This document shows, one piece after another, positions 38,867 to 51,962 of a stretch of DNA of 58,688 bases (its first letter is position 1; the number at the start of each line of letters is the position of its first letter). The position numbers and the translations under genes were made by a program. The stretch comes from Octopus bimaculoides (lineage: Eukaryota): the NCBI RefSeq assembly GCF_001194135.2, contig NC_068984.1, forward strand, positions 100,580,902 to 100,639,589, read 5' to 3'. The notes under the pieces are model-generated. The model did no database searches. It was not told the DNA's origin and saw only the letters and a list, made by a program, of their open reading frames with translations.

Positions 38867-39270
38867 TGCGTACCCACATACATACACGCGTATGTAAATC
38901 AACGACAGCATTTTAACAAATAACTCTTAGGTTTCAGAAGATAAAAAAAAGCCAGAATGAAATAAAGTAAGATAAAATAGAACTTCGGAAATTGAACACT
39001 ACACTATTTCGACATACACTGAACAAACTTTAAACACACGCACACACACGCACGCACGCGCGCACGCACACACACACACACGCACGCACGTACGCACACA
39101 CGTATGTATAGGAGTATATTTATACGTCTGTCTATGTATAATGTTGTATAGATTTGCAGTCCCTTAAGCTATATGAATTAACGATGCAGCTAATCACTTT
39201 AAGTTACATTAATGGGGTATCAAGTATAGTAATTACACTAAGTAGTGGACCCCCGCCTAGAAAATACAAT

Positions 39271-39323
<53 letters not shown>

Positions 39324-39568
39324 TGTGTGTGTGTTTGTGTGTGTGTTTATGTATGCATGTATGTATCTGTGTATATATGTATGCATGTATGTATGTATGT
39401 GTATGTCTGTGTGTATGTATGTATATGTGTATATATATNNNNNNNNNNNNNNNNNNNNNNNNNNNNNNNNNNNNNNNNNNNNNNNNNNNNTATATATATA
39501 CATATATATATATATATAAGAATTACGATTTAAACTCAAATTAGGCAATTATACTCATACAGTTATAA

Positions 39569-39610
<42 letters not shown>

Positions 39611-39750
39611 GTATATACACAGACACTCACTCATATAGGTATATTATAGAGTCTTATTTTATGGTGTTGTTACAACAGTATCTAAAATTATCTTTCTTAT
39701 TATGTATGTATGTTTGTTTGTTCCTACAAATACAGAGGTGTGTGTGTGCA

Positions 39751-39833
<83 letters not shown>

Positions 39834-40139
39834 GAGAGAGAGACGAACAGATTTTCTTGTTGAAGTATTGAATACAGCGTTCTTTGTTTGGTTTTGTTTG
39901 TTTTTTATTCTTTTCATCAAGGTTTTTCTGTAGCTTCGCATGAATTCCCCCTGTTGTTTGTTTCGAACTAAGGGATTCCAAATCAGTCAGCTATGCATTT
40001 AGACATCATAGTCGCATCTTCTGAGTGGAGAGATGTTAACATGCGTTGCAGCCTCTCTATGGTTAAGCAGAGGCAATGTGACTGGTGTAGACATTGCTAC
40101 CTGCATTTTAATTTTGACTGATAAATCTGACTATTAAAT

Positions 40140-40320
40140 TATCTCAACTTCTAGTCACCTCCATTTCAGTACGTCTCTCTCCACTGTCTACACGCCAACC
40201 ACTGTGCCTTGTCTTTTTTCCCCGGAACATCAACTCTCTGGACTCTCCACCTTTGCTCATGTCTTTCCTACAGTTTAAACGAAACATTAACGGCATCAAC
40301 TTCACAGGTCTCAAATAGTT
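40140..40320 (+). mobile_element. CR1/L2/Jockey-like LINE 3' end remnant
   Basis: Frameshifted SSHLHF...FFP.TSTLW...FKRNIN resembles the LINE C-terminal motif SFFPRTS.LWN.LP...FK..IN. Confidence 0.45.
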
Positions 40321-40454
40321 TGCAAGGCTGACGGGCGCACTTCTTCCCACCAGATTCGGTAAGTGAAAAAAATGATATAAAAAACAATCGACGGCATTAA
40401 AACATGTGATAAAAGCAATGTATTCTCAATCAGGGATATACATTTTTTAAAATC

Positions 40455-40850
40455 TTTTGTTTCGTCATTAGATTGCAGCCATACTGGGGCATCGTCTTGA
40501 AGAATTTTTAGTCAAATGAATCGACCCTAGTACTTCATTTTTGAAGCCTGGTACTTGTAGTATCGGTCACGTTTGCCGAACCGCTATGTTACGGGAACGC
40601 AAACACACCAACACCGGTTGTCAAGCGGTGATGTGGGGACAAACAAAGACACAAACACAGACACACAGGAACACACACATACACCCACATACATATATAC
40701 GACGAGCTTCTTTCAGCTTCCACCTGCCAAATCCACTCACAAGGCTTTGATCGGGCCAAGGCTATAGTAGAAGACACTTGCCCAAAGTGCCACACAGTGG
40801 GACTGAACACAGAACCGTGTGGTTGAGAAGCAAGCTTCTTAACAAAAAGC
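40455..40850 (-). mobile_element. SINE family B, full length
   Basis: Complete reversed tail, internal CA tract, core and head. Confidence 0.9.
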
Positions 40851-41290
40851 CAAAAATAAAAACACAATAGATAAATAAGTAAATAAATAGCTGTTAACTC
40901 ATCGAGGGAAACAAATTCATAAGGATTCAGAAAGATAAATCCACACAAAAATAAACAATTAATAAAGAAAATGTTTCTCATAGCACAACAGAAACCTAAA
41001 TTAAATGCAGACAGAATTCACCAGTTGCAAAACAAATTAAACACTTGACCGATGATAAATGAAGTTAACGGTTAAATTGCAAATTCCGGAGATGATATCT
41101 ACAACAGTTACGTTGACCCTGTCTACTATAAAGAGGCAGCAACATACTTCAACATTCTTTCATTCTGAAGATGAGACCGTAGAGATCTTGTAACTTTATG
41201 ATGGATTTAAGAACTTTGCCATTCCTAAGCAAACTGCAAGGCAGTCATAAGAAAAAAGTAGATAAAAGAGAAAAAAGTAGATAAAAGCTG

Positions 41291-41718
41291 GGCGCAGGCG
41301 TAGCTGCGTGGTAAGAATTTCGCTTCCCAGCCACATGGTTTCGGGTTCAGTCCCATAGCATGGCACTTTGAGCAGGTTTCTTTTACTATAGTCCTGAGCA
41401 GACCAAAGCCTTATGAGTGGATTTGGTAGACGGAAATTGAAAGAAGCCCGTTGCACACACATATGTGTGTGTCTGTGAATGTATGCATGNNNNNNNNNNG
41501 TATATGCGTCTGTGCTCCCCATCAGCGCTCAAAAACCGTTGTTGATTTGTTTACGTTCCCGAAACTTAACGAATTGGCATAACAGGCCGATCACCGATCG
41601 AATAAGTTTCAAGCTTTAAAAAATAAGTTACCTGGATCGATTCATTCGACTGAAATCCTTCAAGACGGAGCACCAGCTAGCCGTAGTCCAATGATTGAAA
41701 CAAGTAAACGATAAAAGA
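41291..41718 (+). mobile_element. SINE family B, full length, diverged
   Basis: Head TAGCTGCGTGGTAAG...GGTTCAGTCCC; core GTGGATTTGGTAGACGGAAA; internal TG tract; tail GAAACAAGTAAA. Confidence 0.85.
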
Positions 41719-41940
41719 TATAGAAAAAAACTTTTAGAAATAGCTGCCATATTTCCTTCAGATCTCATTCTACTGATGTAAATAAAGAAAAGACACGATA
41801 TTGAGGTCCTACAGTCTCTCAAAAACATGAGAGTTTGTTCAATCAGCATTGAACTGGGGTTCAACAATAGCAATGGTAATATAACTGCGACATACCATTA
41901 AAAACAATTAGCAGCAGACATAGTAGTATTGATTTCAATT

Positions 41941-42140
41941 TTTAGCACAAGGCCAGCAATTTCGGGGAAGGGGTTAAGTCAATTACATCGGTCCCAATGT
42001 TTAACTGATACTTGTTTTATCGACCCCGAGAAAGGCAAAGACGATCTCGGTGGAATTTGAACTCAGAACATAAAGACAGACGAAATACTGCTAAGCATTT
42101 CGCCCGGCGTGCTAACGTTTCTGCCAGCTCGCCGCCCTAA
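41941..42140 (-). mobile_element. SINE family A2
   Basis: Reversed head CTGCCAGCTCGCCGCC, B-box and A2 tail. Confidence 0.9.
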
Positions 42141-42144
42141 CAAA

Positions 42145-42410
42145 CGTTCATATCATTATGAAAACATCAGTAAGAGACAAACATAATGATATTCATCACT
42201 ACTATGACATATCATAAAACACCTGCAAAAAAAAAAAAAAAAAAAAAAAAAGAAATCATACTGGCTTTACGGCCACAAGATGTCATAAAAGTACATGTAA
42301 CGAACATATTACGACTATGACATATCATAAAAAAGAAGAAAAACCTTAATAGCAGAAAAACATAATGATATTACAACTATAACATATCATAAAACACCAG
42401 TAACAGACAA
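42145..42410. repeat. Degenerate minisatellite
   Basis: ACTATGACATATCATAAAA-like motif three times (about 42199, 42314, 42376) and CATAATGATATT twice. Confidence 0.65.
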
Positions 42411-43584
42411 AATGCCATTTCAAAAATGACATCATTAAACAGCAGTACGAGGGCGAAGAATATAAATATTGTGTTTTGTTGTCATGTCTGCTGGTCACAT
42501 GTTAAGTCGTCTGCTTTCTCTCTTTTCCTCCATTAATATTCGTTTCATTATTTCTTCCTCTTTCTCTGTCTCTGTATCTCCATAGCAATGTAAGTTTCAT
42601 TATTGTTCCTTTTCTATCTTTAGCAGCACCGTTTCCATCAACTCACCACCACCGTTTTCTTTCACCCCTCTTCTGTATCAGTTTCTGAACACCCACAAAC
42701 TTACTCGTGGGCGTGCGCACACATACACATGCATATGCATGTCTATACACACACACACACACACACATACATGCACGCACGCACACGCATGCACACGCGC
42801 GCACACATATATGTATATGTGTGTGTCTATTTACGGTGTGTAGGAAAAAGTTGTGCCCATAGAATTGGTGGTCCCGTTGAAACGGTCAAGTCGATTTTTT
42901 TCACGTTCCTCATGAACAGTTATATGTCAAAGACAGAAAGGAAAAAAATCATGTTTAACAGAATACACGCACACGCAATCACACAAACACACACACATTC
43001 ATATGCGTGTGTGTGTGTGTGTATTTATGTATTTGAAAACAAGACCAGTCGTGTTTAAAGCCCTTTAGAATCCATCCTAGAGCTCCCAGAAGAACTCTAA
43101 AGAATTCATACGTGCGATCGCCCACACGTGTGTATATACAGGTTTTAAAGAAATACAACATTGATACTCGCATACATATACACATATTTGTATGTCTGCA
43201 CGAGCGTATGTGTTTGCGTATGGATATTTACATACAAACATACATACATGCACGCATGCATACATACATACATACGTACATACATACATACATACATACA
43301 TACATACATACGTACATACATACATACATACATGTGTGTGTGTGAGTACGCACCAGGAAGTCACCTTCATCGTCTATCATGCAGTAACCGGAAGTGCTAG
43401 AATGCTACAAAGATGAAATAATGTTTAACAAAAGTATATTGGCCCTGTTGTGCCTTTAAATACACAGAATATAAAACCAGATTAAACTAATCCGATTACA
43501 TTCCTTATTCTGAAGCTATTGTTTTTGTTGTTATTATAATTATAGTTGCATTATTGTTAATGTTATTACTATTGTCGTTGTCAC

Positions 43585-43807
43585 GGCGACGAGCTGGCAG
43601 AATCGTTAAGCACGCCGGTTAAAATGCTTAGGCAGCATTTCGTTCGCCTTCATGTTCTGAGTTCAAATTTCGCCGTGGTCGTCTTTGCCTTTCTTCCTTT
43701 CGATGTCTATAAAACAAACACCTCTCAAGAACTGGGTTCAATGCAGTTGACTAGTCTCCATCACCAAAATTTCAGGCCTTGTGCCTATAGTAGAAAGGAT
43801 TATTATT
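43585..43807 (+). mobile_element. SINE family A2
   Basis: Head GGCGACGAGCTGGCAGAATCG; tail GGCCTTGTGCCTATAGTAGAAAGG-ATT. Confidence 0.9.
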
Positions 43808-43873
43808 GTATACGCGGGAATGGTCATTTTTGCCGATAAAACACTAGCACTGTTTACTTGAGCTTCACTTTAG

Positions 43874-43876
<3 letters not shown>

Positions 43877-43916
<40 letters not shown>

Positions 43917-44175
43917 GAGTGAGAGAGCAGTGCATGCCATCAAAGTGACACTGGGGTAAAATATACGAAGCCCATTATACCCATCATGACTACCCGTCTG
44001 ACAAGGGTACACCAGGCACATGCATCACAACCATATGTGCGCGACATCGTGATCTCATATCAAGAGAAACAGCGCATGACCTCGCAGGTGGGGCCCAGTT
44101 AGAATTTTCTTCAGGTCGGGTAGCCCATCCCACTCAAAAGGACCCTGAATAAGGTTTGTTTAAGGATGTTGAGCA
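43877..44175 (-). mobile_element. Non-LTR-type 3' end or SINE of unknown family with (TAA)n tail
   Basis: About 260 bp of complex, GC-richer sequence ending on the minus strand in CTCTCTCACTCAA-(TAA)n; resembles an octopus repeat from memory. Confidence 0.55.
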
Positions 44176-44321
44176 TATTATTATTTTCAGTTTATTTGTC
44201 AAAGTTCTTTCGTCACACGTTCTGCGACCTTTTCAATGACTTTCCGTCCCACGTATCTCCTCTTGTCCCACCAATTCCATTTTGCCTTTAATAATTGTAG
44301 TTTTATTATTATTACAGTTGT

Positions 44322-44578
44322 TAAGGTGACGAGCTGGCAGAACCGCTGAAACGCCGGTTAAAATGTTTAGATAGCATTTCATCCGTCTTCATGTTCTGAG
44401 TTCGTTTTCACATTCTGAGTTCGACGCCGAGGTCGACTGTGCCTTTCAGCTTTTCGGAGTTGACGAAATAAGTACCATTTAAACGCTGGGGTCGATTACA
44501 TCGACTAGCTCCCCCACCCCTATCACCGAAAAAAAAAAGCAAACTTTCGAGCCTTGTGCCTATTAGTAGAAAGGATCG
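44322..44578 (+). mobile_element. SINE family A2 with internal duplication around the B-box
   Basis: TTCTGAGTTCG occurs twice (about 44394 and 44414); head and A2 tail present. Confidence 0.85.
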
Positions 44579-44682
44579 TTGTTGCTTTTGTACTCGGTTT
44601 TCTTACTGTTATATTTCGTTGCTGCTGTCACTACTATTGCAGCAATCGTTGTTATTGCTGTTGATATGATTTTTGTTGTCAT

Positions 44683-44898
44683 GAAGGTGCGTGGCTTAGT
44701 GGTTTGGGTATTCGGCTCACGATCTTAAGGTCGTGAGTTCGAGTACTGGTGACGCCTTGTGTTCTTGAGCAAGACGCTTTATTTCACGTCCCTCCAGGCC
44801 ACTCACCTGTCTGTAGAGTATTCAGCCACTTGCACGTTAATCTCACGAGCAGGCTCTTCTGTTGATCGAATCAACTGGAAACCTCGTCGTGATAACCT
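44683..44898 (+). mobile_element. SINE family C
   Basis: GAAGGTGCGTGGCTTAGTGG head nearly identical to 17720; TGTTCTTGAGCAAGACGCTTTA core. Confidence 0.8.
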
Positions 44899-45184
44899 CT
44901 AACTTACCGTGTATGTTTTGTTGCTTATATCAGTGCATTTCAACTTAATTGAACAGTGCAAGTTAAACTGCAATAAAAAAAATGCACTCACTGTATCATA
45001 TAGAGTTTCCACTAACATTAACAGTAAAATGAGCCTCACAAAAGACAACAGGGAAAAATCTGTAATCTTCAAATGGAGGGAGAAAACAACTTTGAATTGC
45101 GACCTAGCATATTAAAAATAGACGCTGTATAAAGTATCCCGGATAGAATACAACCACAGAAAAAGTGATAGTCACGGCTGGAAC

Positions 45185-45345
45185 GTCTTTGGTCATAGGT
45201 CAACTGGATGAGAGAGGTTTTGAATCGTATGTCTACGTTGGGAATCAAGGAAATGTTTCATCATAAGTCTACCGGATCAAAGGATTTTGATCATAGGTCT
45301 ACTGGATCAGAGAGATCTTTGATCATGGATTGGACTAAGGATAAG
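45185..45345. repeat. Degenerate about 30-bp minisatellite
   Basis: Unit TTTGATCATAGGTCTACTGGATCA(A/G)AG at about 45189, 45258, 45287 and 45318. Confidence 0.65.
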
Positions 45346-45478
45346 CTACCATCAAAGATCTATGTTCTAACCGTGGCCATCACGATCTTTTTTCTTTTAG
45401 ATATAGTGTGTGCATACGTATGTCAAAAGAAACGTCTTGATATATAAAAGTGATTATCAAATACATACATATATAAAG

Positions 45479-45512
<34 letters not shown>

Positions 45513-45813
45513 AGTGTGAATGTATCTGTGTCTGTGTGTGTGTATGTGTCTCAGTGTGTATATAGGTTTGCTTGTCTATGAGTACACATACATATTGAAA
45601 AGATGAAATATTCCCTTCACTATTTCTATTTGTTACTGGCGAGTGACTGGAGCACGTTGAAAGGAGGAGTAACAGAGAGAGATATAGGGAGAGAGAAAGA
45701 GAGAGAGGAAGGGAAAGAGAAAGGGGAGAAAGAAAGTGAAGTAGACCTTGCACTCATATCACGTGAGAGTTAAAGAGATAAAAAAAAAGCCAAGACCAGG
45801 CAAATCTACCATG

Positions 45814-46020
45814 TTGGCACAAGGCCAGCAGTTTCAGTAGAGACGGTGGAGTAAGTCGATTACATCGACCCCAGTGCTCAACTGGTATTTATTTTATCGT
45901 TCTCGAAATGATGAAAGCAAAGTCGACCTAGGCGGAATTTGAACACAGAATATCAAGAGGGACGAAATGCCTCTAAGCATTTTGGCCGGCGTGCTAACGA
46001 TTCTGCCAGCTTGCTGCCTT
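45814..46020 (-). mobile_element. SINE family A2
   Basis: Reversed head, core and tail. Confidence 0.9.
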
Positions 46021-46394
46021 TGACAAATCTCCTGTTTTAGCTGGAGACACAAAACAAGTTAGTCAGAAATGTCACTCAAAGTAAGCTAATTCTTTAGGAA
46101 GAAACCTGGTCTAAGTATTTTATATCACGAAATCGTTGGATGGCAGAATTTATATACATTGTATTTAGATAAGTCCTGTTGATGTGGTATTGTCGTTTAT
46201 TTCGGTTCCTTGCAATGAATAAGGTATTGTTATGCCTAAATACCAACATATTTTCTTCTGTTGTTTAACAATGCTCCGTATGAGCTTTATTATTATAAAT
46301 TTGTTACACCTAAACACAAATTCACACACATATCTGTTTCTCAGTTCTCTACAGCTCTATCTTTCCCTCACTATATCTCTCCATTTGTCCTTCT

Positions 46395-46436
<42 letters not shown>

Positions 46437-47635
46437 GTATATATATATATATAAACATAAATATGTATATACATACACATATACGAGTATGTGTTATGCA
46501 TATGTGTGTATATCTTCTATATATATATATGCATGTATATATGTATGAGTACATATGTAAATGTGTGCGTGTGTGTGTGTGTGTTTCTTTCACACCGCCC
46601 ACATATTTCTCTCCTTGCATTTCTCTCTGCACCAACAAATGTTTCCCTTATTACATAAACAGTGAGAAATACAACAATCAAACATAGATTATGTATTACA
46701 CTTACAGAAGAGATGACCTTTCGCTGCGAGATACATGAAAAGCAGACGACAACTACTCTACATGTTTTTCATTATTTATTTGCTTATTTTCATTTTCCTC
46801 CATTGTTGCCGTTTTTGTTGGTGTTGTTGCTGTCGATGTTGTTAATCGTTCTCTTTGGAATTCGTTTCTTTCAATTTTTCCTCTTGCTTCCTCTTTCGTC
46901 CACCCTCACTCACCAGGTATTCAATTAATGATCTTTACCAGAATATAATTAGTAATAAACCCGGAATATCATGTTTACCAATCTCTCCGGCGATTACCCG
47001 TCTATTGTTATCGCTAACACTGTTATCGTTATCGCTGTTGTAGTTGTTAACACAAACACAGATTCAAATATACACACGCACACACACGTATAAAGATATA
47101 TAGCATAATCATTGCCCAGTGTTCAGGCATTTACATAAGGACATTGTAATATGCAATAGATAGCATAAACATTTCCTCTTTCTGCATTCACGTAAGTTAT
47201 TATTTTTTTTTTTCTCGCCGTCTTCGATGCGAGACACAAGGAAACTTGAAACACCTGGAAACAGAATGCAAAATGTACATGCCTAAATAGCTATATATAT
47301 ATATATAGATATATATATATATTTATACTTATAGTTATATTTATATCTATATCTATATATATGTATACATACATACATACATGCATGCATGCATACATAC
47401 ATATGCATGTGTGTGTTTGTGCATGTGCAAATATTGCATACATATGCACAGAGTTATTTTTATGTATATCTAGATATATATGCAGGCATGCAAATATTTA
47501 TAAATGCTGGCTCGGAATTCAATAGAAAATATGTAGAGATACACATTTATATATCCACCCATCCATACAAACATGTATTCATACTCACATACATACATAC
47601 ATGCACACATGCATATCTATCTATCTATCTATCTA

Positions 47636-47668
<33 letters not shown>

Positions 47669-47929
47669 NNNNNNNNNNNNNNNNNNNNNNNNNNNNNNNN
47701 NNNNNNNNNNNNNNNNNNNNNNNNNNNNNNNNNNNNNNNNNNNNNNNNNNNNNNNNNNNNNNNNNNNNNNNNNNNNNNNNNNNNNNNNNNNNNNNNNNNN
47801 NNNNNNNNNNNNNNNNNNNNNNNNNNNNNNNNNNNNNNNNNNNNNNNNNNNNNNNNNNNNNNNNNNNNNNNNNNNNNNNNNNNNNNNNNNNNNNNNNNNN
47901 NNNNNNNNNNNNNNNNNNNNNNNNNNNGC

Positions 47930-48822
47930 ACCCCTCAGATGCTGGCCTTGTGCTTATTTAAGAAATCAATGTTTGTGTCCACCTGAGAAATGTATCCGGA
48001 TCAGATTTAGAATGTTGTTGACAGTATTGGATTTTACATTGATGTTGTATAGAGGGTTAAAACAGATAACATTACAGTTACGGTGTTTGATTTCAATAGC
48101 CGCAGGGGAAAGCAGTAAGAGGAGGATAGCGGGTCAGATTTGGAGGTAAACATGTTTTTTCCTCTGTTCTCCTGCTTTCCAGTGTGTTTTTGTTGCGCTT
48201 TTCAGTGCTGTCGAATGCTCTTTTGTCAGAGGAGATGCTGGAGATTTTCATACTAACATTGTTGATAAAATTCTTTAGTTTGATGGTGGGGATGGTTGGT
48301 GTTTTTGTTGATGTTATAGACTTTTTTTTTTCTTCAATTTGTTTAGATTTAATGTGACATCTCAGAAGCTAACAATCGTTTTATCTATAGTTACGGTAAT
48401 ATTAAATCTTAGTTATCTATTCTATCTGCCAGCTCCGTTTGAGTAATGTCCAAGTAGGAGAGGGTCATGAAATATTTGAGTAATAAAAGCTTGGCTTCTG
48501 AACTTAGAAAGCAGCTCTCCAAGCCACAGACAAGGAGTTTTTTTTTTTTAGTACACCAACAGTTGTCTTTACAGACTCTTCTCTCAATGCCACGTCTGTT
48601 GCTCAAGGAAGGACAAGAGCCAACAGAGTTAGGCAACGATTTTGTTACAGGCGTTGTTGACAGGACGTAAAGGGTCACAGCAAATACTAAGAGCTATTAA
48701 TGGTATACAATGCTCCAATTAACCTGTTGGTCCACCGTATCGATAATTGTATAAATAACGGGTATTTGTAAAAGCTAAAGAACATACTATATTATGTATT
48801 TGCCTTGTCTAAGATACTGAGC
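47930..48822 (-). mobile_element. Penelope-like reverse transcriptase remnant (RT C-half and thumb)
   Basis: Frameshifted NITVTIDKTIVSF*DVTLN, YNINKNTNHP..., KISSISSDKRAF, RNCNVICFNPLYNINVKSN...LNLIRIHF. These match PLE motifs LKITI..N.K.VNFLDVTLNL, YIN..SNHP and RNIIWFNPPYS.NVKTN. Confidence 0.8.
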
Positions 48823-49894
48823 NNNNNNNNNNNNNNNNNNNNNNNNNNNNNNNNNNNNNNNNNNNNNNNNNNNNNNNNNNNNNNNNNNNNNTATGTATGT
48901 ATGTATGTATGTATGTATATATATATATGCATGTATGTATGTATGTATGTATGTATGTATGTATGTATGTATGTATGTATGTATGTACAGACAGAGAGAG
49001 AGAGAGACAGGGAGATAGATAGATAGATAAACTTAATATGTATACAAATGCATACACACAATATATATTATCTATATACATATATATGTATATATATATA
49101 CGCACCGATACATATGTTTATATGTATGAGTGTGCGTATGTATTAAACGTTTTATGTGTATATGTATATGAATATATTTATATAATTTTATATGTAAATA
49201 CGCGTATATATGTAAAAATATATATTCATATGCATATATGCGTCTGTACACACACACACACACGCACACAGACATAATATATCGACAAGCAACGCATACA
49301 AACACAAACATTTACACGCACACACATATATATACACATGCTTATATACAGAATATTTACGTAATATATACAGAATATTCATAGCTGCGTACAATATAAT
49401 AAATTACTTTGAAATTCTTATAGTAATGCATCATACACACGTACGCACACACTCACACACATACACACACGTACGCATTTTGCACTTACACACCACACAC
49501 GCACATAAGAGCAATAACCAATATGTGCCGCTTATTAAATCTATGTAATAACGTCAGATACAACGTATACGAGCCGTATTAAAGCGTCTATCATCCATAC
49601 TATGAGATACCTAATATCCTGATATCTGTTTGATATTGCTGGCATCCATGGTTTATTTCATATCGCCCAATTACTGATTTCATTTGTTTTTATTTTACAA
49701 TCCATTTTGTGAGCAGTTTGTGAAATGTCATGGGTTACAGGTTTTACAGCATTTTGCTATGGTGAGACAGCAATAGAGGTGTCTGAACAGCACGGCCAGA
49801 ACATTCTCGACAAGTTTATTTTAGTTCCAAAGCACCGGTCTGTCTATGCTTCCTTGCAGTGCTCATATATTCTTTCATTCTTTTATTCTTTTAT

Positions 49895-50272
49895 TCTTTT
49901 ATCTTTTATTTGTTTCAGTCATTTGACTGCGGCCATGCTGGAGCACCGCTTAAAGGGTTTTAGTCGAAGAAATCGACCCCAGGACTTATTCTTTGTAAGC
50001 ATAGTACTTATTCTATCGAATTTCTTTTGCCGAACCGCTAAGTTACGGGGACGTAAACACACCAACATCTCTCTTTTGTCTTCTAATAGTTTCAGTCATT
50101 GGACTGCAGCTAAGCTGGGGTATTCCCTTGAAGGCTTCAGTCGAACAAATCGTTTCCAGTGCTTAATTTTTAAAAAGCCTGGTACTTATTCTATCAATAT
50201 CTTTTGCTGAGACGCTAAGTTACGGGGGACGTAAACAAACCAATACTTGTTGTCAAGCGGTGGGGGGGGGGG
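49895..50272 (-). mobile_element. Two tandem SINE family B 3' halves
   Basis: TTTCAGTCATTTGACTGCGGCC at about 49913 and TTTCAGTCATTGGACTGCAGC at about 50090, each followed by the B body. Confidence 0.85.
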
Positions 50273-50523
50273 NNNNNNNNNNNNNNNNNNNNNNNNNNNN
50301 NNNNNNNNNNNNNNNNNNNNNNNNNNNNNNNNNNNNNNNNNNNNNNNNNNNNNNNNNNNNNNNNNNNNNNNNNNNNNNNNNNNNNNNNNNNNNNNNNNNN
50401 NNNNNNNNNNNNNNNNNCAAAACCACATAGGTATACACACACACGCACACACACACAAACACATACACACACTCAGACACACACACAAACACGCACACAC
50501 ACACACATACACACATACACACA

Positions 50524-50900
50524 CTAGTTGAGTAGCCCGTCGTGCCGGACAATTTTCACGACAGAATGCCTTTATTTCAGTTTTTGTTATTCCGTATCAG
50601 ATCATGTCTTCCCTAAAGGATAGACATCTTGATCAGGACGGATTTCTGCATTATTTGGGGCAATTCATAACGTCTCGGTAAACGAAGTATTTTCTTTTTC
50701 CATCTGGAGCATAGACGTAAAGATTTTCTTACTTCCTCCTCTTGAACATCCAACATAAAGCTAGCCATAGGTGAAGCAGTGCTCTTCAAGGTGTAAATCG
50801 GAACCGAAAATGTTTGCCCTTGCGATTTGTTGATGGACATGACAAAACTAAGACACACCGAAAATTCAAGTCATTTGAACTGAAATGTGATATCGTCTTC
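50524..50900 (-). mobile_element. Helitron 3' end: helicase C-terminal remnant, subterminal hairpin and CTAG terminus
   Basis: FQFK*LEFSVCLSFVMSINKSQGQT (PIF1-like motif); hairpin GTCCG-GCACGA-CGGGC (50550-50535), then 7 nt, then CTAG|T. Confidence 0.85.
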
Positions 50901-51962
50901 CTGAGTCTGTGTGACGAAGGCTCTCGTGCGCTCGTCATCCAATCGGTGCGTCCTACGATCGGAGAAAGACAAATAGAAGGAGGGAATCTTTTCAGTTGCT
51001 GTCTGCAATTTTGAAATTTTGAAATTAAGGGATAATTTTAAAATTCAGTATATTGATGCAATTTTTCACGCTTAATCTGATGTGATTCATTTATTACTGA
51101 AAAATATTTAGCAAAATGTTACAGATGTTTCAAGTTTGTTCATTTTTACCCAATCAGAAAACAGGATTTGAAAGCAAGCATTTTCTGCGTGCTATAAGTC
51201 TGTCACAAAATGAAAGCAGTCGTTATAGATACGAAGTTTTAAACAAAACGAAAGCAGTTACATGACATATCAAGAGGCAAAGGTGGTGGTGGTGGGTGGC
51301 CTGCGTGAGAAATATACATGTACAGAGTAAAGAGTGAAAGAGAGTGTGGTAAATATATATCAAGAAGGAGAAAGCGTAAAAGATAGGGAGAAACAAGGCG
51401 ATTTGGCGATCAAAAAGTTGAGTTATTTTTCGTATCAAATTATACTTTTTGATTATTTACATAAAACCTTTTTTCTCCAGGACGCAGCGTTTTAGAGACT
51501 TCCGGAATTATACACACATACATGCATACACTCTCATTTATATGTATGTATGTATGTACTTTATTTGTAGGTTAATAAGGCAATCAATGGTTTTATGTAA
51601 AATATCTTAACAATTGTTCAAGTGTGCCACATAAAAGACATTTTTTGTTATTTTGTTCTAAACCAGTTGTATTTAAAGAGCTTTCTGCCATCAGGGAGGA
51701 CGACGATCGTAATTCTTGATTTTGTTTCTATTTTCTTGTTCCATTTTTTGCACCAACCTTCTTCACGTTTTTTCCAGGTTTTTTTTTTTTCTTTTTTTTT
51801 TTTCATTTTCTTACTGTCCAGCCTCCTTGTTTTTAAAAATTATATGTAACACATAAACAGAGCCTGAAAGATTGCTTTAAGATATATGTCATATTTTATA
51901 AATATGCCTATTCAAATATCATAATAGCATTAAACTATTAGTAACTCTTTCGGTTGAATATT

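Noticed and set aside
44060-44150. HDV-like ribozyme fold in the (TAA)n-tailed repeat (GACCT/AGGTC pairing)
   Set aside because: P2, P3 and L3 could not be assembled consistently on either strand, and the position near a 3' tail is atypical
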